DNA of 64,000 nucleotides from a phage: sequence record PZ583739.1; one strand, 5' to 3'. Shown piece by piece: positions 63,578 to 64,000 of this stretch (position 1 is its first letter; each line of letters starts with the position of its first letter). The notes under the pieces were generated by a model. It saw only the letters and a program-made list of their open reading frames with translations, ran no database searches and was not told where the DNA came from. The position numbers and the translations under genes were made by a program.

Positions 63578-63716
63578 GATTGTCTCCTCAGTTAAACTTA
63601 CATATCTATTTAGTGCTCTTCATAATAGCAGCACGAGCTTTCATCTCATTAACAATTTCGGTTATTCGGTTTGCAGAGATAACCATCTCGTCGAGAATCT
63701 TACTAATATTTTTCAT

Positions 63717-63950
63717 TTAATTTTCCTTAAAGTATCTCATACCAGTATCTATTCCCATATTGTGAGAATAGAACGCATCATCGATGTATCCTGCAAATTT
63801 ACCTTTAACATAGATAACATCTTCACCACAAGGGTGGTCAGCGCAGATACGAATATCTGCACGATTCAATTTCCATTCCTTCATCATATACTTAATTTCT
63901 TCTTCGAACTCTTCGTCTTGGTTAAACGCATCGTCGATAGAATATCGCAT
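63717..63950 (-). CDS. hypothetical protein (77 aa)
   Basis: ORF in the uvsY-proximal region. Confidence 0.4.
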   Translation of the reverse strand: MRYSIDDAFNQDEEFEEEIKYMMKEWKLNRADIRICADHPCGEDVIYVKGKFAGYIDDAFYSHNMGIDTGMRYFKEN

Positions 63951-64000
63951 TACTTGCCCGCCTCAAATTGTCTTATTTCTAACATATGTTTAAGTGCGAA

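Noticed and set aside
63606-63716. 36 aa minus-strand ORF (MKNISKILDEM...)
   Set aside because: Too short to support from sequence alone, though it could be a real T4-like micro-gene.

Overview
This window is a contiguous segment of a T4-like (Tevenvirinae) myovirus genome, identified by reading the six-frame ORFs against remembered T4 protein sequences and gene order; no searches were run. Positions 1-26263 are a minus-strand early/middle block: rI.-1, rI, tk, a macro-domain gene, regB, denV, lysozyme e, nudE, a roughly 8.5 kb hyperplastic stretch of small unknown genes, two tRNAs, a tandem array of capsid-targeted internal-protein genes, then 57B (Acb1), 57A, 1, 3, 2 and 4. Positions 26312-58302 are the plus-strand late structural module from gp53 through gp24, with TATAAATA late promoters and hairpin terminators, followed by rnlB, hoc, inh, uvsW and uvsW.1. 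Four freestanding nuclease-like genes interrupt the conserved core (HNH between 3 and 2, a Cys-rich ORF between 2 and 4, GIY-YIG between 5.4 and 6, HNH between 18 and 19). The best candidate for an undescribed system is at 12430-14147: four tandem small paralogs sharing a C-terminal WVSSSxEC-type tail, co-oriented with two small two-helix membrane proteins and flanked by a possible nucleotidyltransferase-fold protein. No CRISPR array, rRNA or integrase was seen.
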